A DNA stretch of 64,000 nt, from assembly GCA_024400415.1 (NCBI GenBank), contig JAKSMS010000002.1:5679-69678 (forward strand). The letters are read 5' to 3'. The notes below the pieces were generated by a model. That model was not told where the DNA came from, did not search any database, and saw nothing but the letters and a program-made list of their open reading frames with translations. How positions within the stretch are numbered: position 1 is the stretch's first letter; each line of letters begins with the position of its first letter. A program made the translations under genes and the position numbers. Below are positions 19,877 to 29,269 of the stretch, piece by piece. The DNA comes from Bacteroidales bacterium. GTDB taxonomy: Bacteria; Bacteroidota; Bacteroidia; Bacteroidales; P3.

Positions 19877-20881
19877 TTATTGCTTGATGAGTCGTTCGGT
19901 GGCGCCTGGGCGGCGAACGATGTAGACGCCCTGAGGAAGGCTGGAGAGGTCGGCGCGGTCGGTTCCTGAGATGAGGATGCGGCCCATGGCGTCGAGGATT
20001 TCGAAGTGGCCTTCGATAGCGGCCTGGCTGGTGGCCGGGTTGGGGTAGATGCGGCTGAGGGCAGCATCGGCGTCGCTGATGGAGAGAGGATCGTCTCCGC
20101 CTTCATTAGGGTCGTAGTTGGCGGGGTCGTACCAGAGGTCGTAGTGGTCGTAGACGATGTCGTTGACCACGTTGCGGATGATCTGTGCGGTGGCGCTGTC
20201 GAGGCCGGCATCATAAGTGATCAGGTCGGTGGGCTGGTGGAAGATCATCACAAAGAAGGCGCATGCTGCGGCATAGCTGCCGGCCATGGAGGGGTGGCTG
20301 CCGTCGGCCTGATAGAGCTCGATGGAGTGGTGGTTTTCGCGGATATAGCGCCAAACTCTTCCTACTGGGCAGACGGAGGCCTCGTTGGTGGTGGCCATAT
20401 ACATGTAGCGCTCGTAGAGGAGGCTGTCCATGCCCTCATAGGTGGCGATGGGTGGAAATATCTGTCCGTTCTGCTGGTCGCCGTCCTTGCGGCCCCAGGT
20501 CATATAGAACATTGGGCGTGCGCCAACATTCTTGACGGCCTTGGCGAGTTCCCAGGCGTAGGGGAAAACCTCGTTGTCGACTTGGCTCTGCGGGAAGGCG
20601 GGATACTGGCTCTGCTCTTGGAGCACAACAAAGTCCCAGCCGCCTTGGCGGATGAGGTCCATAGACTGGTTAGTGCAATGCTGGCGGAAGGTGCAGCCGC
20701 CAGGGGTGTTGGCCATCACGCTGACGTCGAATCGGGCGCTTTCGGCAACGTTCTTGACTAGCTGAGGCAGGTTGTTGACTTCGGTGTAGCTGTTGCCTAT
20801 GAACAGTACCTTTGTGGCATCTTGAGCCATGGCGTAGAATCCTAGGCACAGCAGGGCAAGAGAGAGTAGGATTTTCTTCAT
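19877..20881 (-). CDS. SGNH/GDSL-like hydrolase (DUF4886-like) with T9SS C-terminal sorting domain
   Basis: Signal peptide and VLFIGNSYT block. C-terminal YPNPATSQAAIEG...LPQGVYIVRR tail. Confidence 0.75.
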   Translation of the reverse strand: MKKILLSLALLCLGFYAMAQDATKVLFIGNSYTEVNNLPQLVKNVAESARFDVSVMANTPGGCTFRQHCTNQSMDLIRQGGWDFVVLQEQSQYPAFPQSQVDNEVFPYAWELAKAVKNVGARPMFYMTWGRKDGDQQNGQIFPPIATYEGMDSLLYERYMYMATTNEASVCPVGRVWRYIRENHHSIELYQADGSHPSMAGSYAAACAFFVMIFHQPTDLITYDAGLDSATAQIIRNVVNDIVYDHYDLWYDPANYDPNEGGDDPLSISDADAALSRIYPNPATSQAAIEGHFEILDAMGRILISGTDRADLSSLPQGVYIVRRPGATERLIKQ

Positions 20882-20907
20882 AATATATGTTTTTTTTTAT
20901 TATTGGC

Positions 20908-23352
20908 TTATAATTCGGCGGTGAGTTTGATATTGATTTGTCGACCGGTGAGGTAGTTGGGCACGGCGTGGTATTGGTTCTCGATGTCGGCCACCCAAAG
21001 GTAGGACACGGCGTTGTGGTAGTCGAAGAGGTTAAACACCTCCACGCCCAACATGAGGTCGGAGATATGGCGGAATATCTTCCAATGCTGGCAGCGTTGG
21101 AGTTTGGAGAGGTGGATGGTGTTGCCCCAGTCGATGCGGTAGTAGGCGGGCAGGCGTGTGAGGTTGCGTGCGCCGGTGGAGGAATGGCGCAGCGTGGGTA
21201 GTCCGTCGGAGGCGATGAGGGTGAGGTTCATGCGCCAGTAGGGCACGTCGGGGATGTAGTCTTGCAGGAAGAGCTTGAAGCTGAAGCGCTGGTCGGTAGG
21301 GCGGTCTATCCATCCGCGGTTGTCGTTGAGGTAGTCCTCTTGGGCCTTCATCAGGCTGAGCGACGCCCAGGATTCGAGTCCGTCGACAATCTCGCCGTTG
21401 AGGCGGAGGCTGACGCCGGCGGCATAGCCCACAGCGTCGTTGTCGGCGTCGTAGCGTATGCGCATGTTGTCTACCGTGTACGTGATCAGGTTGGTGATGT
21501 ATTTGCCGTAGATGTCGGCGGTGAGCTTGAAAGGCTTGTCGAGGATGAGGAAGTTGTAGTCCATGGTGCCGGTTGCCTGATAGGAGTGCTGCGGCAGGAT
21601 GTGGGTATTGAGCGCGCCGTCAGGATATTGGAACTCGCGGTAGAAAGGGGCCTGATGATAGATGCCGGCGGCGAGGCGGAAAAGGATGTCGCGCTGCCAG
21701 TTGGGCTTGGCGCTGGCGCTGATGCGTGGCGAGAGCAGGAGTCCGTTGTTGTTGGCAGAGTCCAGCTCGGGGAATGCTATCGAGTAGTATTGGCCGCGGA
21801 GTCCGACGAGGAAGGAGAGGTCGGTATTGGAGCGGGTGTTGTAGTTGATTTCGCGCTGGAGGTAGGCGGAGAGGCGCTGTATGGCCACGAGGTTGGAGGC
21901 GTGGCAGAACGACTGCAGGATAGGGGGCATGGGCATGTTGGCGGGGTCGCCCCAAGAGGGCAGCTGGGTGGGCACGCTGTAGCCGGCGGAGTCGATGAGG
22001 GTCCACTCGCGGATGGCTGCGCTGATGCGGTCGTATTGGTACTTGAGTCCGAGGTTCCAAGCGCCGAGTGCGGCGAAGCGTGTGGCCTTGAGTTCGGAAC
22101 TGGCAATGGCGGTGTGGACGGCATTGCGGGCATGCTCCAAGAAGGTGCCGACGCCGCGGTCGAAGGTGGTGTCGGTGAGCGAGCCTACGTTGACTTGCCG
22201 CAGCCAGTATTGGCACTGAATGTCGTAGTTCTCCTGTTCGCCGGAGCTTTGGAGGGAGTTGATCCAGCGTATCTGCCAGTCGTCGGAAGGGCGGTAGTCG
22301 AAGGTGAGGGCGTGGAGGAGCGTGCTATAGCTGTCGATTTCCTGTCCGTCGAAGTAGCAGTCGAGCCGCAGCTGCTCCATCATATTGCCGAAATCGGTGG
22401 AGCGGTCAGTGGGCACCAGGCCGTAGTCGTTGTGGGTATACACTCCGAGGTAGGAGGCGGAGAGCTGGTCGGAGAAGCGATAGGAGAGTATGGCCTGAAG
22501 GTCGGAATAGTCGGAGGTGTAGTCGCCCTTGGTGTCCAACGAACGGAATACGTACTGGTTGGTGTGCTTCCTGAAGGCAGCGGAGTAGGTGAACCGGTCG
22601 CCCAAGAGTCCCTGTACGGAAGCGGTGGCACCGAGCAGCGAGAGGGAGCCTTTGGCATGGAACTCGGTTGGGCGGCTATAGGTGATGTCGAGCACCGAGG
22701 ACATGCGGTCGCCATACGAGCAGTCGAAGCCGCCGGGGGAGAAGAGTATGTGGTCCACCAAGTCGGGACTGATAATGGAGAGTCCCTCCTGCTGGCTGCT
22801 GCGAATGAGCATGGGACGGTATATTTCCACGTCGTTGATATAGACGAGGTTTTCGTCGAAGGAGCCGCCGCGAACGTTGTACTGCGATGACAGCTCGTTG
22901 TTGGAGGCCACGTCGGGAAGCGTCTTGAGCAGGCTTTCCACGCCGCCAGTGGGGCCTACGGCGCTTTCAAGCTTCTCGACAGAGATTTGGGTGAACGTGG
23001 TCTTGCGGCTCTTCTCGCTAGAGACTTCAACCTCGCTGAGCATCGTGCCTTTGCGCATCACCACGTCGAGGGTAAGGGTGGCGCCAGCGGGGATGCGGAG
23101 TCGGAATTCCTGAGGCTGATATCCGGTGATGGAGAATCGCACAGTGATAGAGTCGGCAGTAGGCACGGAGAGCGCATAGTTGCCGAGTCGGTCGGTGATG
23201 TCGCCAGTAGGGTGGTCCAGGCTGGTGATGCCGACATTCACATATTCGAGCGGATGCTCTGAGTCGGACACGCGGCCCACCAGGCGGCCTTGGGCGGCCG
23301 ACGAAAAGGGTAGTAGGAGCAGTAAAAGGATAGCGAGTATGTGGAATCTCAT
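20908..23352 (-). CDS. TonB-dependent receptor-like outer-membrane protein with carboxypeptidase-regulatory-like N-domain
   Basis: Signal peptide MRFHILAILLLLLLPFSSAAQG, a CarbopepD_reg-like segment, a plug-like region, a long beta-barrel and a C-terminal aromatic-rich end. The track start at 23361 is a TTG; I use the ATG at 23352. Confidence 0.8.
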   Translation of the reverse strand: MRFHILAILLLLLLPFSSAAQGRLVGRVSDSEHPLEYVNVGITSLDHPTGDITDRLGNYALSVPTADSITVRFSITGYQPQEFRLRIPAGATLTLDVVMRKGTMLSEVEVSSEKSRKTTFTQISVEKLESAVGPTGGVESLLKTLPDVASNNELSSQYNVRGGSFDENLVYINDVEIYRPMLIRSSQQEGLSIISPDLVDHILFSPGGFDCSYGDRMSSVLDITYSRPTEFHAKGSLSLLGATASVQGLLGDRFTYSAAFRKHTNQYVFRSLDTKGDYTSDYSDLQAILSYRFSDQLSASYLGVYTHNDYGLVPTDRSTDFGNMMEQLRLDCYFDGQEIDSYSTLLHALTFDYRPSDDWQIRWINSLQSSGEQENYDIQCQYWLRQVNVGSLTDTTFDRGVGTFLEHARNAVHTAIASSELKATRFAALGAWNLGLKYQYDRISAAIREWTLIDSAGYSVPTQLPSWGDPANMPMPPILQSFCHASNLVAIQRLSAYLQREINYNTRSNTDLSFLVGLRGQYYSIAFPELDSANNNGLLLSPRISASAKPNWQRDILFRLAAGIYHQAPFYREFQYPDGALNTHILPQHSYQATGTMDYNFLILDKPFKLTADIYGKYITNLITYTVDNMRIRYDADNDAVGYAAGVSLRLNGEIVDGLESWASLSLMKAQEDYLNDNRGWIDRPTDQRFSFKLFLQDYIPDVPYWRMNLTLIASDGLPTLRHSSTGARNLTRLPAYYRIDWGNTIHLSKLQRCQHWKIFRHISDLMLGVEVFNLFDYHNAVSYLWVADIENQYHAVPNYLTGRQINIKLTAEL

Positions 23353-23589
23353 ATTTTGCAATAACGCGCGTGAAGGCGATATATTGTTTCATAAAGAGAA
23401 TTATGTCAGAAACGATTGCCGCAAACTCGCTAAAAAAAGGCCGCTCTGTAACACATGCGCGTAAAATAAATAGGTGATTTTTTTTGTCAATATCGGATAG
23501 TTTCGTAAATTTGCAGATTACTTTTTGCTTGCTGCTAGAGTGTAAAGGATTGTAGTAGTGGCGCATAGTAGAATGTATAGTGAAAACCA

Positions 23590-23600
23590 AAATGTTAAAT
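23590..23600 (+). promoter_or_regulatory. AAATGTTAAAT motif copy (11/13 of the shared 13-mer)
   Basis: Read directly. Lies 20 nt upstream of the DASS transporter ATG. Confidence 0.35.
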
Positions 23601-23620
23601 AATCAATAAATAATCAAAAA

Positions 23621-25066
23621 ATGGACACAAAAAAACTCATTGGTCTCTTGGTATCCATACTCGCATTCTTTGTGATATGGTTCATGCCAAGCACCGCGTT
23701 CGGCATCGATGGCCTGACTGTACTCCAGCAGCGCACCATCGCACTTTTCGTATTTGCCGCCTTGATGTGGATCTTTGAGGCTATCCCCAGCTGGACCACC
23801 TCAGTCCTCATTATCGTGATTGCGCTCCTCACTCTCTCCAACAAGGGTCTCGGATTCTTGATGGTAGATGCATCAGGCGCAGAACTTGAAGGCGTGATGA
23901 AGTACACCAAGATCATGTCGGCATTTGCTGACCCAGTAGTTATGCTCTTCCTCGGTGGCTTCACCCTGGCAATCATGGCTCAGAAGTATGGTCTTGACGT
24001 TACTCTCGCACGTATCCTCCTCAAGCCCTTCGGCTCCAACCCCAAGATGGTGCTCCTCGGCTTCCTCGTGGCGATTGCCCTCTTCTCCATGGTTATGAGC
24101 AACACCGCCACCGCAGCCATGATGCTGGCCTTCCTGGCTCCTATCCTCGCCACCTTCCCCGACGACGACAAGGGTAAGATCGGCCTCGCCCTCTCTATCC
24201 CTGTAGCCGCCAATATCGGCGGTATCGGCACCACCATCGGCACCCCTCCAAACGGCACCGCCGTTTCCAACCTCGAGACTGCTTTCGGTATCAACATCTC
24301 TTTCGGCGACTGGGCTATCCACATGATCCCCTTCGTGCTCATCATGATCGTCATCTCCTGGATCGTGCTCCAGATTATGTTCCCCTTCAAAGGCAAGAAG
24401 CTTGAAGTCAACATCCCTAAGAACGACAAGCCTACCACCTGGCGTACCTACCTTGTGTGGATCACATTCGGAGTGACTATCCTCCTGTGGGGCTTCGAGA
24501 GCCTACACCACATCAGCTCCAACGTAGTGGCTCTCATCCCTCTGGCAGTATTCGTATGCACCGGCACCTTCACCAAGGAAGACATCAAGCAGCTCGACTG
24601 GAGCGTGCTCTGGCTCGTGGCCGGAGGCTTCGCACTCGGCTATGCAATGCTCGACATCGACAAGGGCGGCACCGGCCTTGGCGCAGCACTTGTAAATGCT
24701 ATCCCCTTCGGCAGCATGAGCATCATCCTCGTGTTCGTCGTAGCCGGCCTCGTATGCTACCTGCTCTCCAACTTCATCAGCAACTCCGCCACCGCAGCAC
24801 TGCTCATCCCAATCCTTTGCGCAGTTTCCAACGGCCTCTCCAGCAACCCAGCCTTCGAGTCCTTCGGCGGCACCAAGGCAATGGTTATCTTCGTAGCCAC
24901 CTGCGCTTCGCTGGCCATGCTGATGCCTATCTCCACTCCACCAAACGCCATCGCATTCTCTACCGGCCTCATCAAGACCAAGGATATGCTCAAGGTGGGC
25001 GGTGTGATCGGAGTAATCGGTCTTGTGTTCGCCTTCTTCTGGCTCACCAAGATCTTCCCATTCTAA
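23621..25066 (+). CDS. SLC13/DASS family anion:sodium symporter
   Basis: SNTATAAMM and STPPNAIAF hairpin motifs. About 12 TM segments. Confidence 0.85.
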   Translation: MDTKKLIGLLVSILAFFVIWFMPSTAFGIDGLTVLQQRTIALFVFAALMWIFEAIPSWTTSVLIIVIALLTLSNKGLGFLMVDASGAELEGVMKYTKIMSAFADPVVMLFLGGFTLAIMAQKYGLDVTLARILLKPFGSNPKMVLLGFLVAIALFSMVMSNTATAAMMLAFLAPILATFPDDDKGKIGLALSIPVAANIGGIGTTIGTPPNGTAVSNLETAFGINISFGDWAIHMIPFVLIMIVISWIVLQIMFPFKGKKLEVNIPKNDKPTTWRTYLVWITFGVTILLWGFESLHHISSNVVALIPLAVFVCTGTFTKEDIKQLDWSVLWLVAGGFALGYAMLDIDKGGTGLGAALVNAIPFGSMSIILVFVVAGLVCYLLSNFISNSATAALLIPILCAVSNGLSSNPAFESFGGTKAMVIFVATCASLAMLMPISTPPNAIAFSTGLIKTKDMLKVGGVIGVIGLVFAFFWLTKIFPF

Positions 25067-25097
25067 GATTCTATTTCACCCGAAATAATCACCCAAA

Positions 25098-25129
25098 GGG
25101 GATGCGCGAGACGCGTCCCCTTTTTTTTT
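25098..25129 (+). terminator. rho-independent terminator
   Basis: GGGGATGCG / CGCGTCCCC stem followed by a 9-T run. Confidence 0.85.
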
Positions 25130-25229
25130 GTCAACGGACGAATGCCGAGCGTCCCGACCACCAGTTCCCTCCCTAGGATGAGAGTGGGAAAAACAACCTA
25201 TCTAAATAGTGTATAGATCAATATTATAT

Positions 25230-25336
25230 GGTGCATATGTGCTATATATGTACTATATATGTGCTATATTTCTGCTATCTCTATAGAATAGGACATATAT
25301 AGCACAAATATAGCAGATATATAGCATATATGCACC
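25230..25336. repeat. 107-bp imperfect palindrome built from 11-bp GCTATATATGT-type iterons (copy A)
   Basis: GGTGCATATGTGCTATATATGTACTATATATGTGCTATATTTCTGCTATCTCTATAG | AATAGGACATATATAGCACAAATATAGCAGATATATAGCATATATGCACC. The arms are near reverse complements of each other. Confidence 0.9.
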
Positions 25337-25545
25337 AGTTATAAAGCAGATAGGGCGGCAGTAGGACATTGGATTGTGGGAATCGGTGGATGTGCAGTAT
25401 TCGGCTGATTATAGCTGCCGGCAGCTATGGGTGTGCTGCTTGGCGGGCAGGGGAGCGGTTCTCGCGGCAACAGTCTGAGAGCGGCCGCAATGGGAGGTTG
25501 GCTGCTTGTGCCTATTGGGCATGAATTATACAAGATTAGCGATTG

Positions 25546-25558
25546 CGAAATGTTAAAT
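25546..25558 (+). promoter_or_regulatory. CGAAATGTTAAAT motif, copy 1
   Basis: Exact 13-mer, read directly. Confidence 0.4.
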
Positions 25559-25600
25559 TTTAAGATTTGGTATTGAGATACAGCGGGTTGTGATAAGAAA

Positions 25601-25613
25601 CGAAATGTTAAAT
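25601..25613 (+). promoter_or_regulatory. CGAAATGTTAAAT motif, copy 2
   Basis: Exact 13-mer, 36 nt upstream of the -7 box at 25650. Confidence 0.4.
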
Positions 25614-25649
25614 CTTTGTGTGAAATTTTGTCACATGGTCACTTTGTAG

Positions 25650-25657
25650 TACTTTTG
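25650..25657 (+). promoter_or_regulatory. Bacteroidetes -7 promoter box TACTTTTG
   Basis: TAnnTTTG match 32 nt upstream of the ATG at 25690. Confidence 0.5.
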
Positions 25658-25689
25658 CAAAATATTTTTGAACTAAATCATACTTTACA

Positions 25690-27075
25690 ATGGAAGAAAA
25701 AACAAATAAGAATGAAACTTCTGAGGTGGTAGTTGCAGGACGCACCCACATCTCGGATCTTTGGAAAAAAGAAGACTGGCTGGCTTGCTGGATCGGCGCT
25801 ATTGTGATAATAGTTGCCTGCGTAGCAGTGCTTACTGGTGCTTTCGACTTCTCGGCCACTAAGTTTGCCAAATGGCAGATTTGGGAGGGCAAAGAGGATA
25901 TTGCCTCGCTCGGCAGCCAGTTTGCCGACTGTGCCTTCTGGGGCAAGCTGCTCCTCACGTTCCTCGTTACCGGCGTGCTCTTCACCATCGGTGCTAAGCT
26001 GCAAGGCGAGAAGATTAAGAAGTACGTGCCCGCCTACGTGATGCTCTTTGTGCTGGCCGTAGTGGTGCGCCTGATTAGCGCCGAGTTCACCCTCAACCGC
26101 TATCTCGAATGGGCTTTCTGGGCATTGATCGTGGGTCTGCTGATTTCTAATACCGTAGGTGTGCCAAACTGGCTCAAACCTGCCATCAAGACCGAGTTCT
26201 ACATCAAGTCGGGCCTCGTTATCATGGGTTTCTCAGTGCTGTTCAGCAATATCGCCAAGTTCGGCCTCTATGGCCTCGGTATCGCTTGGATTGTTACCCC
26301 TATTGTGATCATCTTTATGTGGTACTTCGGCACCCGCGTGCTCAAGCTTCAGAACAAGCCTCTCGTGATGACTCTCGCTGCCGCTACCAGCGTGTGCGGT
26401 ACCTCGGCCGCCATCGCTACCGGCGCTGCCGCCAAGGCTAAGAAGACCGACCTCTCGCTGGCCGTTTCTATTTCGATTATCTTCACCATCCTCATGATGG
26501 TGTTTGAGCCTATCATCCTCAAGGCTACCAACTGGACTCCGATCATGGGCGGCTCGCTCATCGGCGGCACGGTAGACAGCACCGGCGCAGTAGTTGTGGC
26601 TGGCACCGCTCTCGGCGAGGAGGCTCAGACCGCTGCCGTGCTCGTGAAGAGCATCCAGAACATCCTTATCGGCTTCATCGCCTTTGCAGTGGCCCTCTTC
26701 TTTGCCACCAAGGTGGACAAGACCAACGGCCAGAAGGTTGGCGCAGCCGAGATCTGGTACCGCTTCCCTAAGTTCATCATCGGATTCTTTGTAGCCAGCC
26801 TCGTGGCCAGCTTCATCATTCAGCCAGCCTTTGGCGCTGATAACGTGAAGGCCATCAACGGCGTGCTCGACCAGTATAAGAACTGGGCTTTCGTGCTCGC
26901 TTTCACCTCTATTGGTCTTGACACCAACTTCAAGGAACTGGCCAAGCAGATGCAGGGCGGCAAGGTATTGTGGCTCTATGTTGTGGGACAGGTATTCAAC
27001 ATCGTGCTTACTGCCCTCGTGGTATGGCTGCTCCTCAGCGGCATCATCTTCGAAGTTCCTGTGCTGGAAGTATAA
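25690..27075 (+). CDS. YeiH/UPF0324-like polytopic membrane protein (putative anion exporter family)
   Basis: AATSVCGTSAAIATGAA segment typical of the YeiH family. Many TM segments. At 461 aa it is longer than the typical family member. Confidence 0.7.
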   Translation: MEEKTNKNETSEVVVAGRTHISDLWKKEDWLACWIGAIVIIVACVAVLTGAFDFSATKFAKWQIWEGKEDIASLGSQFADCAFWGKLLLTFLVTGVLFTIGAKLQGEKIKKYVPAYVMLFVLAVVVRLISAEFTLNRYLEWAFWALIVGLLISNTVGVPNWLKPAIKTEFYIKSGLVIMGFSVLFSNIAKFGLYGLGIAWIVTPIVIIFMWYFGTRVLKLQNKPLVMTLAAATSVCGTSAAIATGAAAKAKKTDLSLAVSISIIFTILMMVFEPIILKATNWTPIMGGSLIGGTVDSTGAVVVAGTALGEEAQTAAVLVKSIQNILIGFIAFAVALFFATKVDKTNGQKVGAAEIWYRFPKFIIGFFVASLVASFIIQPAFGADNVKAINGVLDQYKNWAFVLAFTSIGLDTNFKELAKQMQGGKVLWLYVVGQVFNIVLTALVVWLLLSGIIFEVPVLEV

Positions 27076-27383
27076 TGAACGCTAAGCATAAACACAGAAT
27101 AATGCTAACCATCACGATCACGATGATCGTGGTGGTTTTGCTTTGTGCCCTATATATCATGGCTGGCCAGCTGGGCTTGCAGGACGAGCTTGATTTCGGC
27201 GCTGGTGCCTACTTTTATGCCGACATACCCAACTATCAGAAATACCTTCACGACGGCGCCTATCGTACCGAAATACCCTATTGGGTATATGTGGCGCTGT
27301 TTCTGGCGTGGGGATGGCTGATGTATAGGCTGCTCTCGTGGATAGAGGGCCGTGGAAATAAAAAGGACCATGACGCACAATAA
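27075..27383 (+). CDS. small two-TM membrane protein, unknown function
   Basis: The ATG overlaps the upstream TAA (TAATG). The 102-aa product has two hydrophobic helices (MLTITITMIVVVLLCALYIMA, YWVYVALFLAWGWLMYRLL). Confidence 0.6.
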   Translation: MNAKHKHRIMLTITITMIVVVLLCALYIMAGQLGLQDELDFGAGAYFYADIPNYQKYLHDGAYRTEIPYWVYVALFLAWGWLMYRLLSWIEGRGNKKDHDAQ

Positions 27384-27438
27384 AGCGCTGGCGCGTGCGT
27401 TATGAGCAAGTATTTTTTTAGCAAATAATAATTATAAC

Positions 27439-28830
27439 ATGAAGAAAATAGTACTTTGTATGGCTACTTTGATGGCACTTGTGTCAGCTTCAGCCCAAGA
27501 TCAGAAAAACGAGCAGAAGCCTCAGAAGGTCAAGGTGACCCCTTACGGCTTTGTGCGCAACTATTTCAACTATGACAGCCGCAACACCTATACCGTATGC
27601 GGCGGAGAGTACAACATGCAGCCTCTCGACGAGGATTGGAACCTCACCGAAGAGCAGGCAGCCCTGAGCGGACTTGAGCGTACGGACCTCAACGCCGTGC
27701 CTCAGGCACACCTCCTAGCACTCACCACCCGTATAGGCCTCAACCTTGAGGGCCTTCAGGTGTGGGGCGCACAGGCAAGCGGCAAGATCGAAGGCGACTT
27801 TGCCGGATTCTCTACCACCAACAACGTGTTCCGTATCCGTCAGGCTTATGCCAAACTGAACTGGAGGAGCGATGCCGACAGTAAGGAACTCCTCGTCGGC
27901 CAGACCTGGCACCCACTCTCAGGCGACATCATGCCCGAGGTGCTCGGCATGGCAGCAGGCGCACCTTTTCGTCCACACAGCCGTACCCCACAGGCCCGAT
28001 TCATCCAGACCTTCGGCAGCTTCGGCTACACCGCTGTAGCCCTCTATCAGCTCCAGTACATGAACCAGGGTCCAAGTTTCTCTAATGGCACTTGGGGCAG
28101 AACCAACTCTACCTCCTTTGCCAACACCGCCGTGGTTCCCGAACTCTTCCTCGGCCTGAACTATAAGGCTAACGGCCTCTACTGCCAGCTTGGCGCCGAC
28201 ATGCAGATGATTCGTCCTCGCACCTTCGGGACTGTTGATGCCGACCTCGATGGCAATCCTCTTACTCCAGCCGTACAGACCAAGGTGGACGTTGACGAGA
28301 CCGTGGTAAGCTTTACCCCAACCCTCTACGCACAGTACACCACCGGCCGCTTTGCCGTAAAGGCTCGCACCATGCTGGCCGAGAATACCAGCCACCTCAA
28401 CATGCTGATGAGCGGCTATGCCGTTACCGCCATGAATCCTGATGGCTCATGGGAGTACACTCCGCTCCGCAACAGCACCAGCTATATCAACTTTGCATAC
28501 ACCCTCGGCAAAGAGAAGAACTATCGCGCCGACCTCTTCTTCGGCTATATGAAGAACCTCGGACTGGCTGACGATAATGCCTCCATCATTGCTAAGGCCG
28601 ACGGCACTGCCAACACCAACTACGTGTACTGCAAGGGCAACTATACGAATATCAACAGCTTCTTCCGCGTGGCTCCATCAATCAGCTACAACCTGAAGCA
28701 CTTCAACTTCGGTCTCGAGTATGAGTACAATCTCGTTACCTACGGTACCCTTCAGACCGACGGTACTGTTAGCGCCGACCGTGGCGTGGCAGGCCACCGC
28801 GTATGCGCCCTCTTCAAGTACAACTTCTAA
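27439..28830 (+). CDS. outer-membrane beta-barrel porin-like protein
   Basis: Signal peptide MKKIVLCMATLMALVSASAQ, alternating beta-strand pattern, C-terminal ...ALFKYNF. Confidence 0.7.
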   Translation: MKKIVLCMATLMALVSASAQDQKNEQKPQKVKVTPYGFVRNYFNYDSRNTYTVCGGEYNMQPLDEDWNLTEEQAALSGLERTDLNAVPQAHLLALTTRIGLNLEGLQVWGAQASGKIEGDFAGFSTTNNVFRIRQAYAKLNWRSDADSKELLVGQTWHPLSGDIMPEVLGMAAGAPFRPHSRTPQARFIQTFGSFGYTAVALYQLQYMNQGPSFSNGTWGRTNSTSFANTAVVPELFLGLNYKANGLYCQLGADMQMIRPRTFGTVDADLDGNPLTPAVQTKVDVDETVVSFTPTLYAQYTTGRFAVKARTMLAENTSHLNMLMSGYAVTAMNPDGSWEYTPLRNSTSYINFAYTLGKEKNYRADLFFGYMKNLGLADDNASIIAKADGTANTNYVYCKGNYTNINSFFRVAPSISYNLKHFNFGLEYEYNLVTYGTLQTDGTVSADRGVAGHRVCALFKYNF

Positions 28831-28864
28831 GGTATTTACACCCTCATCAGACAATAAAAGCGCC

Positions 28865-28895
28865 GCTTGAGTAAGTGGCGCTTTTCTGTTGTAGG
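28865..28895. terminator. bidirectional rho-independent terminator between convergent operons
   Basis: AAAA AGCGCCGCTT gagt AAGTGGCGCT TTTT: a 10-bp stem flanked by A and T runs. Confidence 0.8.
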
Positions 28896-28913
28896 TAATC
28901 ACTAGATGGGAGG

Positions 28914-29267
28914 CTAGTTGTAGCTGCCTCCGCCCATTCCGCCGTGGCCGCGCTCGTGTCCGGGACAGACGCCCTGGCCGTTGTAGAAGCAATGCATGTG
29001 GTCTTCGCCTTCGAATTCACAGCTGTCGATGGGGCATAGGTCTTTGTGGGAGTTGTAGTGATGATGATAATGATCGGGAAGAATTTTGCCTCCGCAGTAG
29101 GGGCAGGTGATGCTCTCGCCGTTGCCATCGATGACCACTTTGACTTCTTGGGATGTGAGAAGGCTGTAGTCGGGGTCGGCCTTGTTGCATGATGGCAGGA
29201 AGGCGCATAGGGCTGCCGCGAAGGCCGCTGATAGAAGTGTTGTGGTGTAATATTTTCGACGATTCAT
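28914..29267 (-). CDS. Cys/His-rich small lipoprotein (possible metal binding)
   Basis: Lipobox ALCAFLPSC. Mature part contains CPYCGG, HYHHHY, CPIDSCEFEGEDHMHC and CPGHERGHGG. The start is 2 nt after the upstream stop. Confidence 0.7.
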   Translation of the reverse strand: MNRRKYYTTTLLSAAFAAALCAFLPSCNKADPDYSLLTSQEVKVVIDGNGESITCPYCGGKILPDHYHHHYNSHKDLCPIDSCEFEGEDHMHCFYNGQGVCPGHERGHGGMGGGSYN

Positions 29268-29269
29268 GA

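Noticed and set aside
25230-25336. Tandem short repeats as a possible CRISPR array.
   Set aside because: The units are 11 bp with no unique spacers, the arms are inverted, and there are no cas genes in the window.
25339-25533. 64-aa minus-strand ORF in the GC-rich part of the intergenic region.
   Set aside because: It is a Pro/Ala-rich low-complexity product with no start context. The region is better treated as non-coding.
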